This document shows positions 13,650 to 36,802 of a stretch of 64,000 nt of DNA, piece after piece. A program made the position numbers and the translations under genes. The stretch lies in the NCBI RefSeq assembly GCF_009914755.1, contig NC_060941.1; one strand, written 5' to 3'. Every line of letters starts with the position of its first letter. Within the stretch, counting starts at the first letter, position 1. The notes under the pieces are model-generated. The model was not told the origin of the DNA. It did not search any database and saw only the letters and a program-made list of their open reading frames with translations. The DNA is from the human T2T-CHM13v2.0 reference genome, Homo sapiens.

Positions 13650-15050
13650 TTTACTGAGGCTTTCCAAGTGGGCATTCCACGCAACAGGTCTTAGGGCGCC
13701 CCTCCCTCCGGGCGTGGCAGCCCGGGGCGTGGCTCCTGGCAAGGATCCGGAGCAGCTGTCATCGGAGTCAATTTCAGGACTCCAGCTCCAAGCTTTGGGG
13801 TTTCCAAAATTCTGGGGGCTTGTCTCCCTGTCCCCCCCCCGCCCCAAGTTTCCCTCCGTCGCTGGCGCTGTCCGGTGCCTTCGGTCGCTCGGGCCGCCCC
13901 CCTCAGCGACTTTTTTTTTTCTTTCTCTCGCTGGCTCTTTCAGCATCAGTTTCCCTAGGGGGCGGGAGGGGAATGATATTTGGGGGCTCCCCTGCCTTCC
14001 TCTCCGAGCCGCGGAAGGGGAGACGCGGGGAGGAGGTCTGGCCGGCTTTGGGCTCCAGCCAGGGGTCCGCGGAGACTGGTCTCCGAAGGCCTTTGACGCC
14101 GGGCATTTCGCGAGCTACGCGCCCCTCTCAGCCGCGCCATCCGCGCCCCGAGTCCAGGCGCACCGCGCTGCGCCGAGCCCAGGCGCTCCGGGCTCCGCGC
14201 TCCCGACTCGACGCCCCCGCGCTCCCCCTAGCGGCTGCCGCGCCGCCTCACTCGGTCTCAGGCTCTTCTGTGGCGCATCTCACGTGACCGCGCTGCGGGA
14301 GAGGGATGAAACAAGAGGGCGGCTGAAGCCGATCCTGAGTGGGGCCCCAGCAATTCGGAATGAGCCTTTTCCCTCCACCCGCTTCTGCCGACCGGGGCCC
14401 TCCCGCGCGGCCTCGCAGGCCTCCCCACCCGCGCCCGTCCCTCCTCCTCCGCTTTCCCTTCTCCCCCGTCCTCGGCTCCGACATTAGGGGCAGGCGGGGC
14501 AGGCAGCCCAAGCAGCCTGCGGCTTCCGCTGCGGAGCGCTGCGCCCCGGCCCCGCCGCCGCCGCCGCCCAAGTCCGGACCCATCGGGAGGCTCAGCTCGC
14601 GGCACCGCGAGCAGCAGGGGCAGGTGGGCCGCCGCCGCCGCCTAGGTTGAGGCAGCCTCCAAGCCGTGGCTGAGCTCGCCCAGGGGGGAGCAGCAGTAGC
14701 CGGAGGAAGCCGCCGCTGGTCCCCCAAGCACCAGCGCCCGGGTGGAAGGGGCGAGGAGGCGGGGGCGGCGGCGGCGGCCACCTGGCCCGGACCACCGCGG
14801 CCCGGAGGGCCGTGAACAAAGTGGTGTACGATGACCACGGGAGCTAGGAGGAAGAGGACGGCGACGTCGAGGAGACCCAGGAGTCTGAGGACAACGAGGA
14901 GCATGAGATGGAGGAGGACGAGGCTGATTCCGATTATCTGGAGGAGCTGGAAGACGACGACGACGCCAGTTACTGCACAGAAAGCAGCTTCAGGAGCCAT
15001 AGTACCTACAGCGGCACTCCAGGTACCCACCCAGCCCAGTTGCTGCAGAC
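13650..15050 (+). promoter_or_regulatory. CpG island, duplicated BPTF promoter, with E-box TCACGTGAC at 14280-14288
   Basis: CpG-rich sequence contiguous with the BPTF-like exon 1. Confidence 0.75.
14483..15022 (+). pseudogene. Unprocessed BPTF pseudogene fragment (exon 1 coding part)
   Basis: (I)RGRRGRQPKQPAASAAERCAPAPPPPPP..SGPIG.LSSRHR, HLARTTAARRAVNKVVYDDH and DDDDASYCTESSFRSHSTYSGTPG match the BPTF N-terminus. ATT at the start-codon position (14483), frameshift near 14610, TAG at 14845; donor CAG|GTACCC intact at 15022. Confidence 0.92.
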
Positions 15051-16464
15051 TCCTTCCCCACCTCCTCTGCCCTCCCCCCTTGCTCACTCGTGTGCTGTGC
15101 ATCCTGCTCCGATCTCCCCCCAACCCCGCCTCCCCCCCAAACAGAGGGGAAATGCGAGGGCACATCAAGTGGCAAAAAACTAGATTTACAAGAGGGAAGA
15201 GGCGCATTGTTAAAAATGGAGATTGCATTGTTGCAGTTTGCAGGCCACACTCGCTCCCTCTCTCTCTCCCCCCCAACCTCCTCTTTTTCCTCTTCAAAAT
15301 TTGTGCCAGTGCAGTGTCTCCACCGGGCAGGATTGAAACTTTGGCAAACACGTATCCATTGCATTCATTTCTTTCCCCTTGTTTTGGTCTGGTTTTCTGG
15401 AATGAAAGAAGCCTCTTGTTTTACAAACCTCTTTGCATTTCTAATGTGGTTTCTTTCAGATTTTTATTAGATATGTTACTTAAAAGGGAATTAAGGGTTT
15501 GGACAGATTGTGGCACACAAACACACACAAAAACATGTCTGTTTTCACATCCCTAGCTGTGGTTTTAAAATTGTGTTAAGGAAATGGATCATTTGGGTTA
15601 GTAGGGGAATTTTATCTGGTCCTGTATGTTTGCTTTTATTCTTCGAGTGCTAATGGGCCTGTGCAACAGTTGCTGGTAAATGGCTGATTAAAAAGCAAAG
15701 CAGAAAGCCAAACAAGACCCAACCAACTTTGGTTATTCATTCGATTCAAAATTGTTTTTGGGTAAATCAAAAATGAAAGTACAAAACCGCAGGAACGCGC
15801 ATCTTAGCTCATTTGATCGCTTTGCCTTGCTTGGGAAATGCAGTTTCGTGTCACCTGTTGCAGAAGATATGTAGTTGATCATCTAGACATAATTGCTGAA
15901 GATGAACTTTTGGACCAACTTCTAAGTCACACAGCATCATTATCAGATTTATTACACAACGACTTTTTTGTTTTCACTCTATTTCTGAGGAAAAAGCCTT
16001 CCCGAAATCCGTAATGAATTTCTCCATGGTAACCCCTCTTCTGTTTTCACACAGAAAAGTTTCTCTAGACTGTTGCTAAGATGCATTTTGTTAAATACCC
16101 CCCCCCCCCCCCCACAAAGGCTGCTTTGTATTAAATACGTAGTTGGAATTTACTAAATTGTGAAATTAACGTAACCGAAGCAACAACCGGCAAGACTTTT
16201 CCTTTATAATTTTGCAAATCTAGATTAATTAAATTAGAATCTGTTTTTAAAAGCATTAAAAAAATAAAGTTTATGAGAAAATACTTGTGAGGAAAAAGGA
16301 CCCTTTTTTCCTTGAAGTAAGGTGTGTCATGTCTTTCTCAGAGAGACTGCTGTAGTAGAAGTGGTTAACTTGAAAAGTTTCTGATTTTTCATAAATGCTT
16401 ACTTACTGGAGAAGTAGAGTAGTATTATCTTGAGCCAAATATAAACCTACGTAGGTTGTCCTAA

Positions 16465-17817
16465 TGAGAGGTGACACCGTGCTGGCAGCCCTCATAGCCC
16501 TCCCTGGCTGTCGGCGCCTCCTCGGCCTTGGCGCCCACTCTGGGCGCGCTTGAGGAGCCCTTCAGCCCGCCACTGTACTGTGGGAGCCCCTTTCTGGGCT
16601 GGCCAAGGCTGGAGCCGGCTCCCTCAGCTTGCGGGGGAGGTGTGGAGGGAGAGGCGCAGGCGGGAACCGGGGCTGCGAGCCGTGCTTGCGGGCCAGCGTG
16701 AGTTCCCAGTGGGTGTGGGCTCGGTGGGCACGCACTTGGAGCAGCCGGCAGGCCCCGCCGGCCATGGGCAGTGAGAGGCTTAGCACCTGGGCCAGCAGCT
16801 GCTGTGCTCAATTTCTCGCAGGGCCTTAGCTGCCTTCCCACGGGGCAGCACTTGGGACCTGCAGCCCGCCATGCCTGAGCCTCCCCTGCCCCCGTGGGCT
16901 CCTGTGTGGCCTGAGCCTCCCTGACGAGCACCGCCCCCTGCCCCACGGCGCCCAGTCCCATCGACCACCCTAGGGCTGAGAAGTGCGGGCACAGGGCGCG
17001 GGACTGGCAGGCAGCTCCACCTGCGGCCCCAGTGCGGGATCCACTGGGTGAAGCCAGCTGGGCTCCTGACTCTGGTGGGGGACTTGAAGAACCTTTATGT
17101 CTATCTAAGGGATTGTAAATACACCAATCGGCACTCTGTATCTAGCTCAAGGTTTATAAATGCACCAATCAGCACCCTGTGTGTAGCTCAGGGTTTGTGA
17201 ATGCACCAATCGACAATCTGTATCTAGCTAATCTAGTGGGGAGGTGGAGAACCTTTGTGTTTAGCTCAGGGATTGTAAAGGCAACAGTCAGCGCCCTGTC
17301 AAAAGAGACCACTCGGCTCTCTGTAAAATGGACCAATCAGCAGGATTTTGAGTGGGGCCTGATAAGAATAAAAGCAGGCTGCCCCAGCCAGCAGTGGCAA
17401 CCCATTCAGGTCCCATTCCACATTGTGGAAGCTTTGTTCTTTCGCTCTTTGTGGTGAATTTTGCTGCTGCTCACTCTTTGGGTCCACACTGCCTTTACGA
17501 GCTGTAATACTCACCGCGACGGTCTGCAGCTTCACTCCTAAAGCCAGCGAGACCACGAACCAACCAGGAGGAACAAACAACTCCAGACACGTCGCCTTAA
17601 GAGCGGTAACACTCACCTGGAAGGTCAAGGTCTGCAGCTTCACTCCTGAAGCCAGCGAGACCACGAACCCACCAGAAGGAAGAAACTCCAAACACATCCG
17701 AGCACCAGAAGGAACAAACTCCGGACACGCCGCCTTTAAGAACTGTGACACTCAGCGCGAGGGTCTGCGGCTTCATTCTTGAAGTTAGTGAGACCAGGAA
17801 CCCACCAATGCTGGACA
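16465..17817 (+). mobile_element. Solo LTR12 (LTR12C-like, ERV9)
   Basis: TG...CA termini with 4-bp TSD CTAA (16461-16464, 17818-17821); GC-rich 5' part, repeated CCAATC units, gataagaataaaagcaggctg core promoter near 17361, repeated ggtctgcagcttcactcctgaagccagcgagaccacgaac units. Confidence 0.95.
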
Positions 17818-17987
17818 CTAACATAAACTGGAAAAAGGTAATTTGTTTTGCCGGATGGTCAGAATCGTTGCCAGACTTGTCCGGGGAGGCTGTATGGAGA
17901 ATAAAAGGAATGAATCCAGTGTCAGATATTTATGTCTTATATGTAGAAAGGACTACATGTAAATTTTTGCCAACTTAATTTTAGTAC

Positions 17988-18700
<713 letters not shown>

Positions 18701-18734
18701 GTATATTCTTTTGATTTTAAAAACTAAAATATTA

Positions 18735-20431
<1,697 letters not shown>

Positions 20432-20455
20432 AAGTGGTATGAGGAATTGGGAAAA

Positions 20456-20693
20456 CATATATGTATATATATGTATATATGTATATGTATATATATGTAT
20501 ATGTATATATGTATATGTATATATGTGTATATGTATATATGTATATGTATATATGTGTATATGTATATATGTATATATGTATATGTATATATGTATATGT
20601 ATATGTATGTATATGTATATATGTATATGTATATATGTATATGTATATATATGTATATGTATATATGTGTGTGTATATATATATATATATATG
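20456..20693. repeat. (TATATG/TATG)n alternating purine-pyrimidine microsatellite
   Basis: About 240 bp of direct repeat. Confidence 0.97.
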
Positions 20694-20874
20694 CCTTAAG
20701 TCTTTTTTAATCAGTTCCCTTTGTCCTTTTAAGTTATACCCAACTGATACTATATTATCATAAGGTTTCCAGTCCAGATCTATCTGTATATCTTTATCTC
20801 TATCTATATATATCTGTATTTATATATCTCCAGAAAAATATGCAAAATGGCTTGCTGATTTTCTTTTGATTTTA

Positions 20875-21668
<794 letters not shown>

Positions 21669-23587
21669 AATTTTTTCCTTTTACTGTGTCTGTGGTTCCA
21701 CAACTTCCTTTTTTCCTGTTCTCTATGGACTTTCTACCTCATTTGGACTCTGCTTAGATTGGCCTAGTTCTCTTTAATCAAATCTTCAGGAACCAATTTA
21801 TTACCATTAAAAATGATCTAACAAGCTTTATTTTTTATCATTGTTAAAAATCCTCGTTTTGAGTAACACAACCACAAAGTAAAGAATGTTATCATTGATT
21901 TAACCAGTAAAAGACAATACTTAACAATAAAATTTTAAAAACATACGCCAGCCGGCTTACCTGGTGAAAAAAATGATTGCGGCTGCAAGCTGCATTTGCC
22001 AGACAATGGTTTTAGATTTGCTGTGCACGCTGAACGCCATGAAAAATGGACTGCCTGGCCTCTTCATAAGGAAATCAATTACTTGCCTCTTTCTGAGTGA
22101 AAAGAATGAAAGGATTTAAAAAATCATAATAACCAAAATGGGGAGAATAAAACAAACTGGGCAGAGGGATGGGCTACTTTGCGTCTTCAGCTTCTGAAGT
22201 CTTCAAAGCCCTCTTCCAGTTCTTAGAATTAGGTCACATGAAAAAATCTGGTAGGATGAAATGAGTGTCAGAGCAGGGCATGGAAAGGAGAGTAGAAACT
22301 TTATCAATGTGCTGTCGAGAGGTCTGAATCCACACTGATTCTTGATTCTTTGTGGCTGGAAGCTTACGGAATCTTCGCTGTCTATGGTGTTCTGCAGTTT
22401 TACAGTGATACGCCCTTGTGTGGGCCACTTTCATCCACGAGGTATTTTTGGTGGGCGTTTTCAATCTGGCAATTGTGTTTGATTCTGAGAACTTCTCCTG
22501 ACAACTTCCTCTTTTCCCTCTTGTATTTATCTTGAGCTATGATTTTATTGAACGTTGGACTTCCTATTTTGGTCTTCTGACTTTCTTATCATTTCTCTCC
22601 AGTTTTCCTCTTTGTCTCTTTTTCTCTTTGGGGTATTTGTATGTGTTCAGTTTTTTAAGATTTCCTTATCTTGGTCGTCCAACCCTACTATCCAGTTTTT
22701 CCTTTCTGCTACCATATTTTTATTATCTAAGAGCTCTTTTGTTTTTAGAATCTTCCTTTAAAAAAAATAGTAAAATCCTGTTTCTGTGTCCTGGATATAG
22801 TATTTTCTCTTACTTTTCTGAGGCTATTAATGACAGGTTTTTTTTTTCTCCTCTGTGCATGGTCTGTTTCTTCTAAGTTGCTGCTTCCTATTCTTTTTTT
22901 TTTTATTTCTTCCTCAGATGTTTATTAATTCTTAATTTTCTGCTTCTCATTAACATCGTGGTACTCTGTAGCCAGTTGGAAGCTCTGAGCAAGTGGGTGG
23001 GCCTTATCAATTTTGACTTAACCATTGGATGTTTTTCATTGTCTCTTTTATTGGGGGAAATCCCTCTTGTCAGTATCTTGAGGTCTGTCCTCGAGAGTAA
23101 GCTCTAGAGGAGCAATGGCATGGAAAGGCCTTTTCCTGTGTCCTGCTTGAAGCATGGAGGTCTTGCTGGTGGTATTCTGGTGGCTGAGTGGTGGAAGAAA
23201 GCTTCATTTATTGTGCACACAGCATTTACTATGTATATCGTCACTTAAATCCTCAGTTTTCTGTACAGTACCTTTGTTCACAACTGAGCGTGGTTTCTCC
23301 CAGTCCAGGGAACCTCAGTTTACCTCCTCTAGAGACTAGACCTTTGGCAGCTTGAAGGGGAGAGAGATGGTTTAGGAATCTGCTCCAGCCAGTTCCCTAT
23401 TCTAGAGACACCCCTCCTTGTTATCATTGCGTTTTGAGGATTGTGTTCTCAACTTCACCTTCCTTTTTAGTTGGAGATCAGACTTTCTTGAGTCTGCTGA
23501 GGCAGTAATCACTTGTTCATCTACTTTCAGAATTTTTTTTTTAATTGTGTGTCTCCTACTTTATCCTTATGAGTTAGTCTTTAACAA

Positions 23588-23861
23588 TTTTTTTTTTTTT
23601 TGACAGGGTCTCACTTTGTCACCCAAGCTCTGAACTGCAGTGGCGCTATCTTGGCTAACTGTAGCTTCGACCTCCTGGGCTCAAGCAGTCCTCCTGCTTC
23701 AGTCCTGCAAATAGCTGGGACTACCGGCTAATTTTTGCATTTTTTGTAGAGACAGGGTTTCACCATGTTACTCAGGCTGGTCTCGAACTTGTGAGCTCAA
23801 GCCATCTGCCCTCCTCGGCCTCTCAAAGTGCTGGGATTATAGGCGTGAGCCACTGCGTCCA
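23588..23861 (-). mobile_element. Alu (AluJ-like)
   Basis: Alu consensus. Confidence 0.85.
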
Positions 23862-24224
23862 GACTAACAATATTTCTTTAGTATGGTTTTAAGAAGGTTT
23901 CAGGAGGGAGCAAAATGAAATCTGTCACCTTAACCCAGAAACTGCTAAGAGAAACAATACATAAGGTTTTAAATGTATATTCTATGTCTTTTGGTTTGGA
24001 TCAGATATTTTAAGAAATATGTGTAAAATATGTGTAACTTTTTTCTTTTCTTGCTCCCTTACCTCCCAAACATCTGGTCATGGTATTCATTGTGCCATTT
24101 TTTGTTTTTGTCTTTGTTTTGACATTTTGCTGTTGAGGTGGTAACACGGAAACCTTTGTCAGCAAGGTCATTCCAAATGGTGAAATAACTGTAACCACAT
24201 TTTTAAAGTTTAAAGTTTACTGCT

Positions 24225-24355
24225 CTCAGGAAGCTGAGGCACAGGAATCGCTTGAACCTAGGAGGCGGAGGTTGCAATGAGCCGAGATGGCGCCACTGTA
24301 CTCCAGCCTGGGTGATGGAGTGAGACTCTGTCTCCAAAAAAAAAAAAAAAAAAAA
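24225..24355 (+). mobile_element. 5'-truncated Alu with 13-bp TSD
   Basis: aaagtttactgct at 24212-24224 and 24356-24368. Confidence 0.9.
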
Positions 24356-24869
24356 AAAGTTTACTGCTGTGTTGTCATTGTAAGTGGAAATTCAGTGATG
24401 CTGCCTGTCAGGGAGCCCGGTGCTTGTACTCTGTATAGACATTCAGCAGTTAGCACGTCACGTTCACGCAGTCTCAAGTGCCCTCCTGAAAGGAGCTCAT
24501 AGTCATCAGGATGGCTGGGAACAAATTAGGAAGTAAGTGAAATTTAGTCCATGCTCCAATTCTCCCATTCCTGTGCCTTCCTTTCTGTGCTGCTTGTCCT
24601 TACCCTTTGGATATTCACTCTCACTGCCTCTTTCTTTGCCTGTGCTGCCCTTTTTGGCCAGATACAGACCAAAGGTGTCTTGTCCACATACAGAAAAACC
24701 TTGACATCTGTAAGGCTCATTACACAGTAATCAGTGGTATAGGTCTTAGTTTCAGAGACCTGTAAAAAGAAGTAGTTGTGATAAGTTAGTAACAGCCAAG
24801 AGCAACATTTAGTGAGCACTTCATGCATGCCTCACAGTGTCCTAAGCATTTTATGTATTTTAAAATTAA

Positions 24870-28622
<3,753 letters not shown>

Positions 28623-29497
28623 TCTGTACCTTATTTTGAAGCTATTATTGTTCATAGATTCTTAACTCCTCCACTCCACTGTGCTGTGAACTCGACATTG
28701 CTACACAGATGCTCCTGTTAAGCTCTTTGAGTGCCCATCAGATTCAATCTAATTCAAATCTCAATCAAATTGTGATGAGAATCTGACTGTGGAGGAGTGG
28801 AGAGAATGCCACCCTGCCAGTATGGAGACTGGCTCTCCAGTTTTATAGCATATGAATTATATCTCAATAAGGCTGTTCAAAGAATCTGAGACTTCAGTCA
28901 CTCCACAAAGTTAGCAAAGAGATTAAAAGTAAATATGGCAAAATGTTAGCTTTTCTGAGTGATGGGAATCACAAAATATTTTGTCTTCTTTATACTTCTC
29001 TGTTTTCTAAATTTTCTACAAAGAGCATTGGTTACTTTTATATGAAGAAAAAACTTAATAAACATTTAGAGGCAGAAGATCAGCCCTGCATTTGACCTGC
29101 AAAGACTATGCCTCCCCTTGCTTGCTTTACAAGAGTTCACCTACTGCATTGATCTCGGTCATCACATGTGTAACTATTTGTCTTCCAGTCTGACTTCTAG
29201 ATTAGACTGTAAGCTCCCGGAAGTCAGAGATCACTGTATTTGTCTCATTTGCCTCTGAATCCTCAGTCTAGTAGCTTGATGGGTATATACCCATCAAGTA
29301 TAAGTGCTCAAAAAATGTTTGTAGAATTTAACTGAATTTGTTAAATGTCTACTATGTCACCCATGTGCTGGACACTTTGGGTGATAAGAAAATGATCCAC
29401 TTATGGAGTTGAATTTAAGATGCTTCCAGTCCAGCAGGGGAGAAGACACAGGTGCATAAGTATTTAAGCCAAGATACCATTCGAGGGGACTAGATAA

Positions 29498-30695
<1,198 letters not shown>

Positions 30696-31180
30696 AAGAA
30701 GCAGAATGACACGACCTCAGCGGTATTACAGTAATCCCAGTGAGGGTGACAAATGGCCAGAGGCTAGAAGTAAAGTTAGGGCTGCTGAGGTACAGGAAAA
30801 GCAAGATAGCTGAGCTTATACATTAGCAATGGAATTAGAAGGAGGTGAATGAAAAGGATACTTCAGGCAGAAAACTGGACGGAGCACTTGGAAGCAGCAG
30901 GTGGAGGGAAGAGGGTGAAACACAGCAGGCTCCCCAGGTTTCTGGTGGAGCAACTGGATGGAGCCATTCCTGAAATAGGACGTCTAGGGGGAGAAACAGA
31001 CTTGGGTGGGCCAGGTGGGCTCTGAGGGACATGCTCAGTCTGAGGTCCCTTTGGGGTATCTAACTGCAGCTGGATCTACAGGTCTCAAGCTCAGTGGAGA
31101 GGTCTGATAAATAAAAGCACAGAATGTAAGCTACACGCACAGTGGCTGAAGCCGTGGGTTGTAGGGAGATTGTTCTAGGG

Positions 31181-31705
31181 CAGTGGTCCCCAACCTTTTT
31201 GGCACCAGGGACTGGTTTTGTGGAAGACAATTTTTCCACGGACCGGGTGGGGATAGTGGATTTGGGATGATTAAAGCATATTACATTTATTTCTGTTATT
31301 ATTACATTGTAATATATAATGAAATATATAATGAAATAATTTTACAACTCACCATAATGTAGAATCAGTGGGAGCAGTGAGCTTGTTTTCCTGCAACTAG
31401 ACGGTCCCATCTGGGCTTGATGGGAGACAGCGATAGATCATCGAGCATTAGATTCTAATATGGAGTGCTCAATCTAGATCCCTCGAATGCGCAGTTCACA
31501 ATAGGGTTTGCACTCCTAAGAAAATCTAATGCCACCGCTGATCTCACAGGAGGCGGAGCTCATGGTAATGTGAGCAATAAGGAGTGGCTGTAAATTCAGA
31601 GGAAGCTTGCCTCATTCACCCACTGCTCACCTCCTGCTGTGTGGCCCAGTTCCTAACAAACTATGGACCAATACGGGTCTGTGGCCCAGAGGTTGGGGAT
31701 CCCTG
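31181..31705. mobile_element. MER1A-like hAT/Charlie DNA transposon, complete
   Basis: TIRs cagtggtccccaacc / ggttggggatccctg; 525 bp; 8-bp TSD ttctaggg/tcctaggg. Confidence 0.9.
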
Positions 31706-32313
31706 TCCTAGGGAACTGACTTCCTAGAGTCAGGAGAGAAGTGGGCTTGCAGGAAACCTTGCCTTCAAGAGGAGGACAGAGAACTGTCCAAGTAGGAGCA
31801 GCAGAGAGGCGTGTGCTCTCGGAGGGAGGGGTATCAAGGAAGCCAAGGAGGAAATTGAGGAAGAGAGAGAGACAGAGACAGAGAAATAAAGCAAGTGGTA
31901 AGATATTAATTGTCCGTTATTCTAAGGTGTTCATGATTCTCTTCTTTCAAATTTTGTGTATGTTTGAAACTTTCCATCATAAAAAGTCAGAAAGAATAAG
32001 GAGATCATGCCCTCATTGGGGAAAGGTTGTAAACATAGTCAGTTTCAAAGCCTGGGCTTGAGTAGGGTCCACACCAGAAGGCAAGAAGGACTGAGTTATG
32101 CTGGATCCATGACATCAAGATCTTTCATCTCAGCCAGAAGCCCCTCGTGGCCTCATTATAATGAAGCCCTGCGGGGCAGCGCTTTCTTGCCAGCCTTACT
32201 GTGCTCCATTTCTTTAATGGCCTTTTTGCTCAACAGTACAAGAGATCCAAACTGCTGATTCCAGCATAAGACATAACTCACTACATTTTTTTCACTCAAG
32301 CCTTCAATTCTAA

Positions 32314-33033
<720 letters not shown>

Positions 33034-33337
33034 CTAATGGATTTTCTAGAGAATTGCTGTGCTGCATTTTTCTTTTATTTTGTAAGATTCTTTAAGGAAT
33101 GAGAGTAGGGTGCTTCTGTGATCGGTAAACAAGAACATGGGCTTTACCATAAGAGGGACTTGGATTCAAATCCAGGCTTCTGTGTTTACTGAGCTGTGTG
33201 GCCTTAGGCAAATGCCAGCCTCTCTGCGTGTTGCTTGCCTTACCTATAACACCTATGCAGCAGTTTCAGTTTATTGTTAAACATCAAATGCAGAAACTGC
33301 TGCAGTGCCAGGCATGGGATAGGAATTGGGGGTAGCT

Positions 33338-34715
<1,378 letters not shown>

Positions 34716-36190
34716 TTAATGTTCATTTTTCAGCACGTAATTAAGGCAAGATTAATAGAAAATGGGGTCCCAGATTGCCTCGCCCCAACCCCATCTTCTT
34801 TTGGCTTTTGGAGTATGAAAAGGGGGACGTGCTGTGGTCTCTGCCTGAAGCTGGCTCGCCCGGGAGCCCTCCCGGACCCGTAAGGAGGAGAACAAACCCT
34901 GGCAAATCCAACTGGCCCGAAGTGGATTTGCTAGAGTGACAGGCAGCAAAATTAATTCAGTAAGGCATTCGTAAGTGTATCACTTCACAAAGGAGTCAAA
35001 ACTGCAGGAATCTGAACGCAAAGATGCCAAGCAAAAGGACTGGGAGAAGACCTGCCTACTGTGTACATTTGACTCTGTTTTGTGCCTTAAGAGTTACGTG
35101 AGAGGCTGACTCTAACGTGGTTAGAATGGAGAACCCAGGGAGGCTTCCTTCAGGACGAAGAGTGAGGAGGGAAAGCTGCCAGGATGCAAGGCTGCTCTGG
35201 CAACAGGTTCTTCTCTCCTGCCCCCCAGCCCCTGTGTCTCTTTCTCTGTTGTCCAGTCCTCTACAAATTGTCCAGCCCACTGCAGGGAGCCAGTCTGATG
35301 GATTCAATAGTTTGCCCCATTGGAGGGAGTCCTCATGGGCCACCTGTCAGCCAATGGACCTATTCTGGTCAAGTGTCCTCCCCTGATCTCCAGTGACTTA
35401 GGTGGCACCCAGTCTGGCTTGCCTGGCCACCTCCCACCTCTGGTGGAGGGCAGGCATCATGCATGTGTTTGGAAAATACATTTGATTTTAGAGTTTAATT
35501 CTGGACAGTGGTCTTGGGACTGTCTTCAATAGCAAGGATCATGTGACCAAGTCCCCATTTCTTTTCACATTTCAGCTGCCTAATTTACTCCTAAAATGTA
35601 CTCTGTGTGCTGGGTGGGGAAATTCTGAACTGGCTTCTGATTCTGGCTCTAACATCAGGGGACCAGCCTTAAGACTTGGAGCAAGCCGCCACTTCTTAGG
35701 GTCCCAGTTTGATGCCCTGTGGCACAGCAGGGTTAGGAGGGAGGAGCACAAGCTAACCTGCCATCACCCCGTGGCTGAGTTGGGATTTTGAACTGCTGTT
35801 GTTATACATAATAACTTTTATGGCTTCGGGCACCGAGAGAGGGAGGCCCTAATTCCTTTACCAGAACTCGAACCCTTGTGTACATAATAACATTTTTAGG
35901 AATCTGTGTTCATAGCTGGGGACAGAGTGGCAGAATGGTGAAATGTTCCCACTGGTGTCACACCCATCTCAGCGAGAGTCAGCCTTTGTCACAGACCTGC
36001 TCCATGACCTCGGGAAGATGATCTGACCTCTCGACACCTGGTTTTCCTCCTCTGGGAAGTGGGGATACTAATAGGTCCTCCCCCCTGGCTTATTGGAGGA
36101 GTAAGAGGCAACACATGCAAAGCAGTTAACCAGGAGCCCGGGTAGGGACCTGGCTGTGAGTTCAGAGCCTGGGATTTGTGGGATGGCCAG

Positions 36191-36802
36191 TGTATGCACT
36201 TCCAGTGACTGCTGGCATTACCACAAACCCTTGGTAGATTAAGACAACAGAAATCTACTCTCTCACAGTTCTAGAGGCCAGAAGTCTAAACTCCTTACTG
36301 CTCAGTTGTGCACTGGCTGCGGGCTCCAGGGGAGAATCTGTTCCTGGTCTCTTCCAGCTTCTGGTGGCCAGCTGCATTCCTTGGCTCGTGGCTGCATCAC
36401 TCCAGTCTTCAAGGTCAGCATCTTCAAATCTCTCTCTGCTCCATCTTCACACGGCCTTCTCCTCGGTGTGTCTAATATCCCTCTGTCTCCCTCTTACAGA
36501 GATACCTGCATTGGCCAGATGCAGTGGCTCACACCTGTAATCCCAGTGCTTTGGGAGGCTGAGGTGGGAGGATCACTTGGGGCCAGGAATTGAAGATTAT
36601 GCTGGGCAACATAGTAAGACCCCGTCTCTACAAAATAAACAGAAAAGAACTGTATTTAGGGCCCACCCGTGTAATCCAGGATAATCTCCTTCCATGTCAA
36701 GACCCTTACTTAATCACATCTGCAAAGACCCTTGTATTCACAGGTTCTGGGGATCAGGGTGTGGATATATTTTGGGGAGGGAGACATTTCCAGCCTGTCA
36801 CA
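36191..36802. mobile_element. MaLR MLT1-type LTR with an embedded Alu monomer (about 36513-36640)
   Basis: acaacagaaatctactctctcacagttctagaggccagaagtc; taatcacatctgcaaagaccc; TG...CA with near-TSD gccag/cccag. Confidence 0.75.

Noticed and set aside
13570-15351. 305-aa plus-strand and 367-aa minus-strand ORFs
   Set aside because: GC-rich promoter and antisense shadow of the BPTF exon
20439-20763. YVYICI-repeat ORFs
   Set aside because: Microsatellite translation
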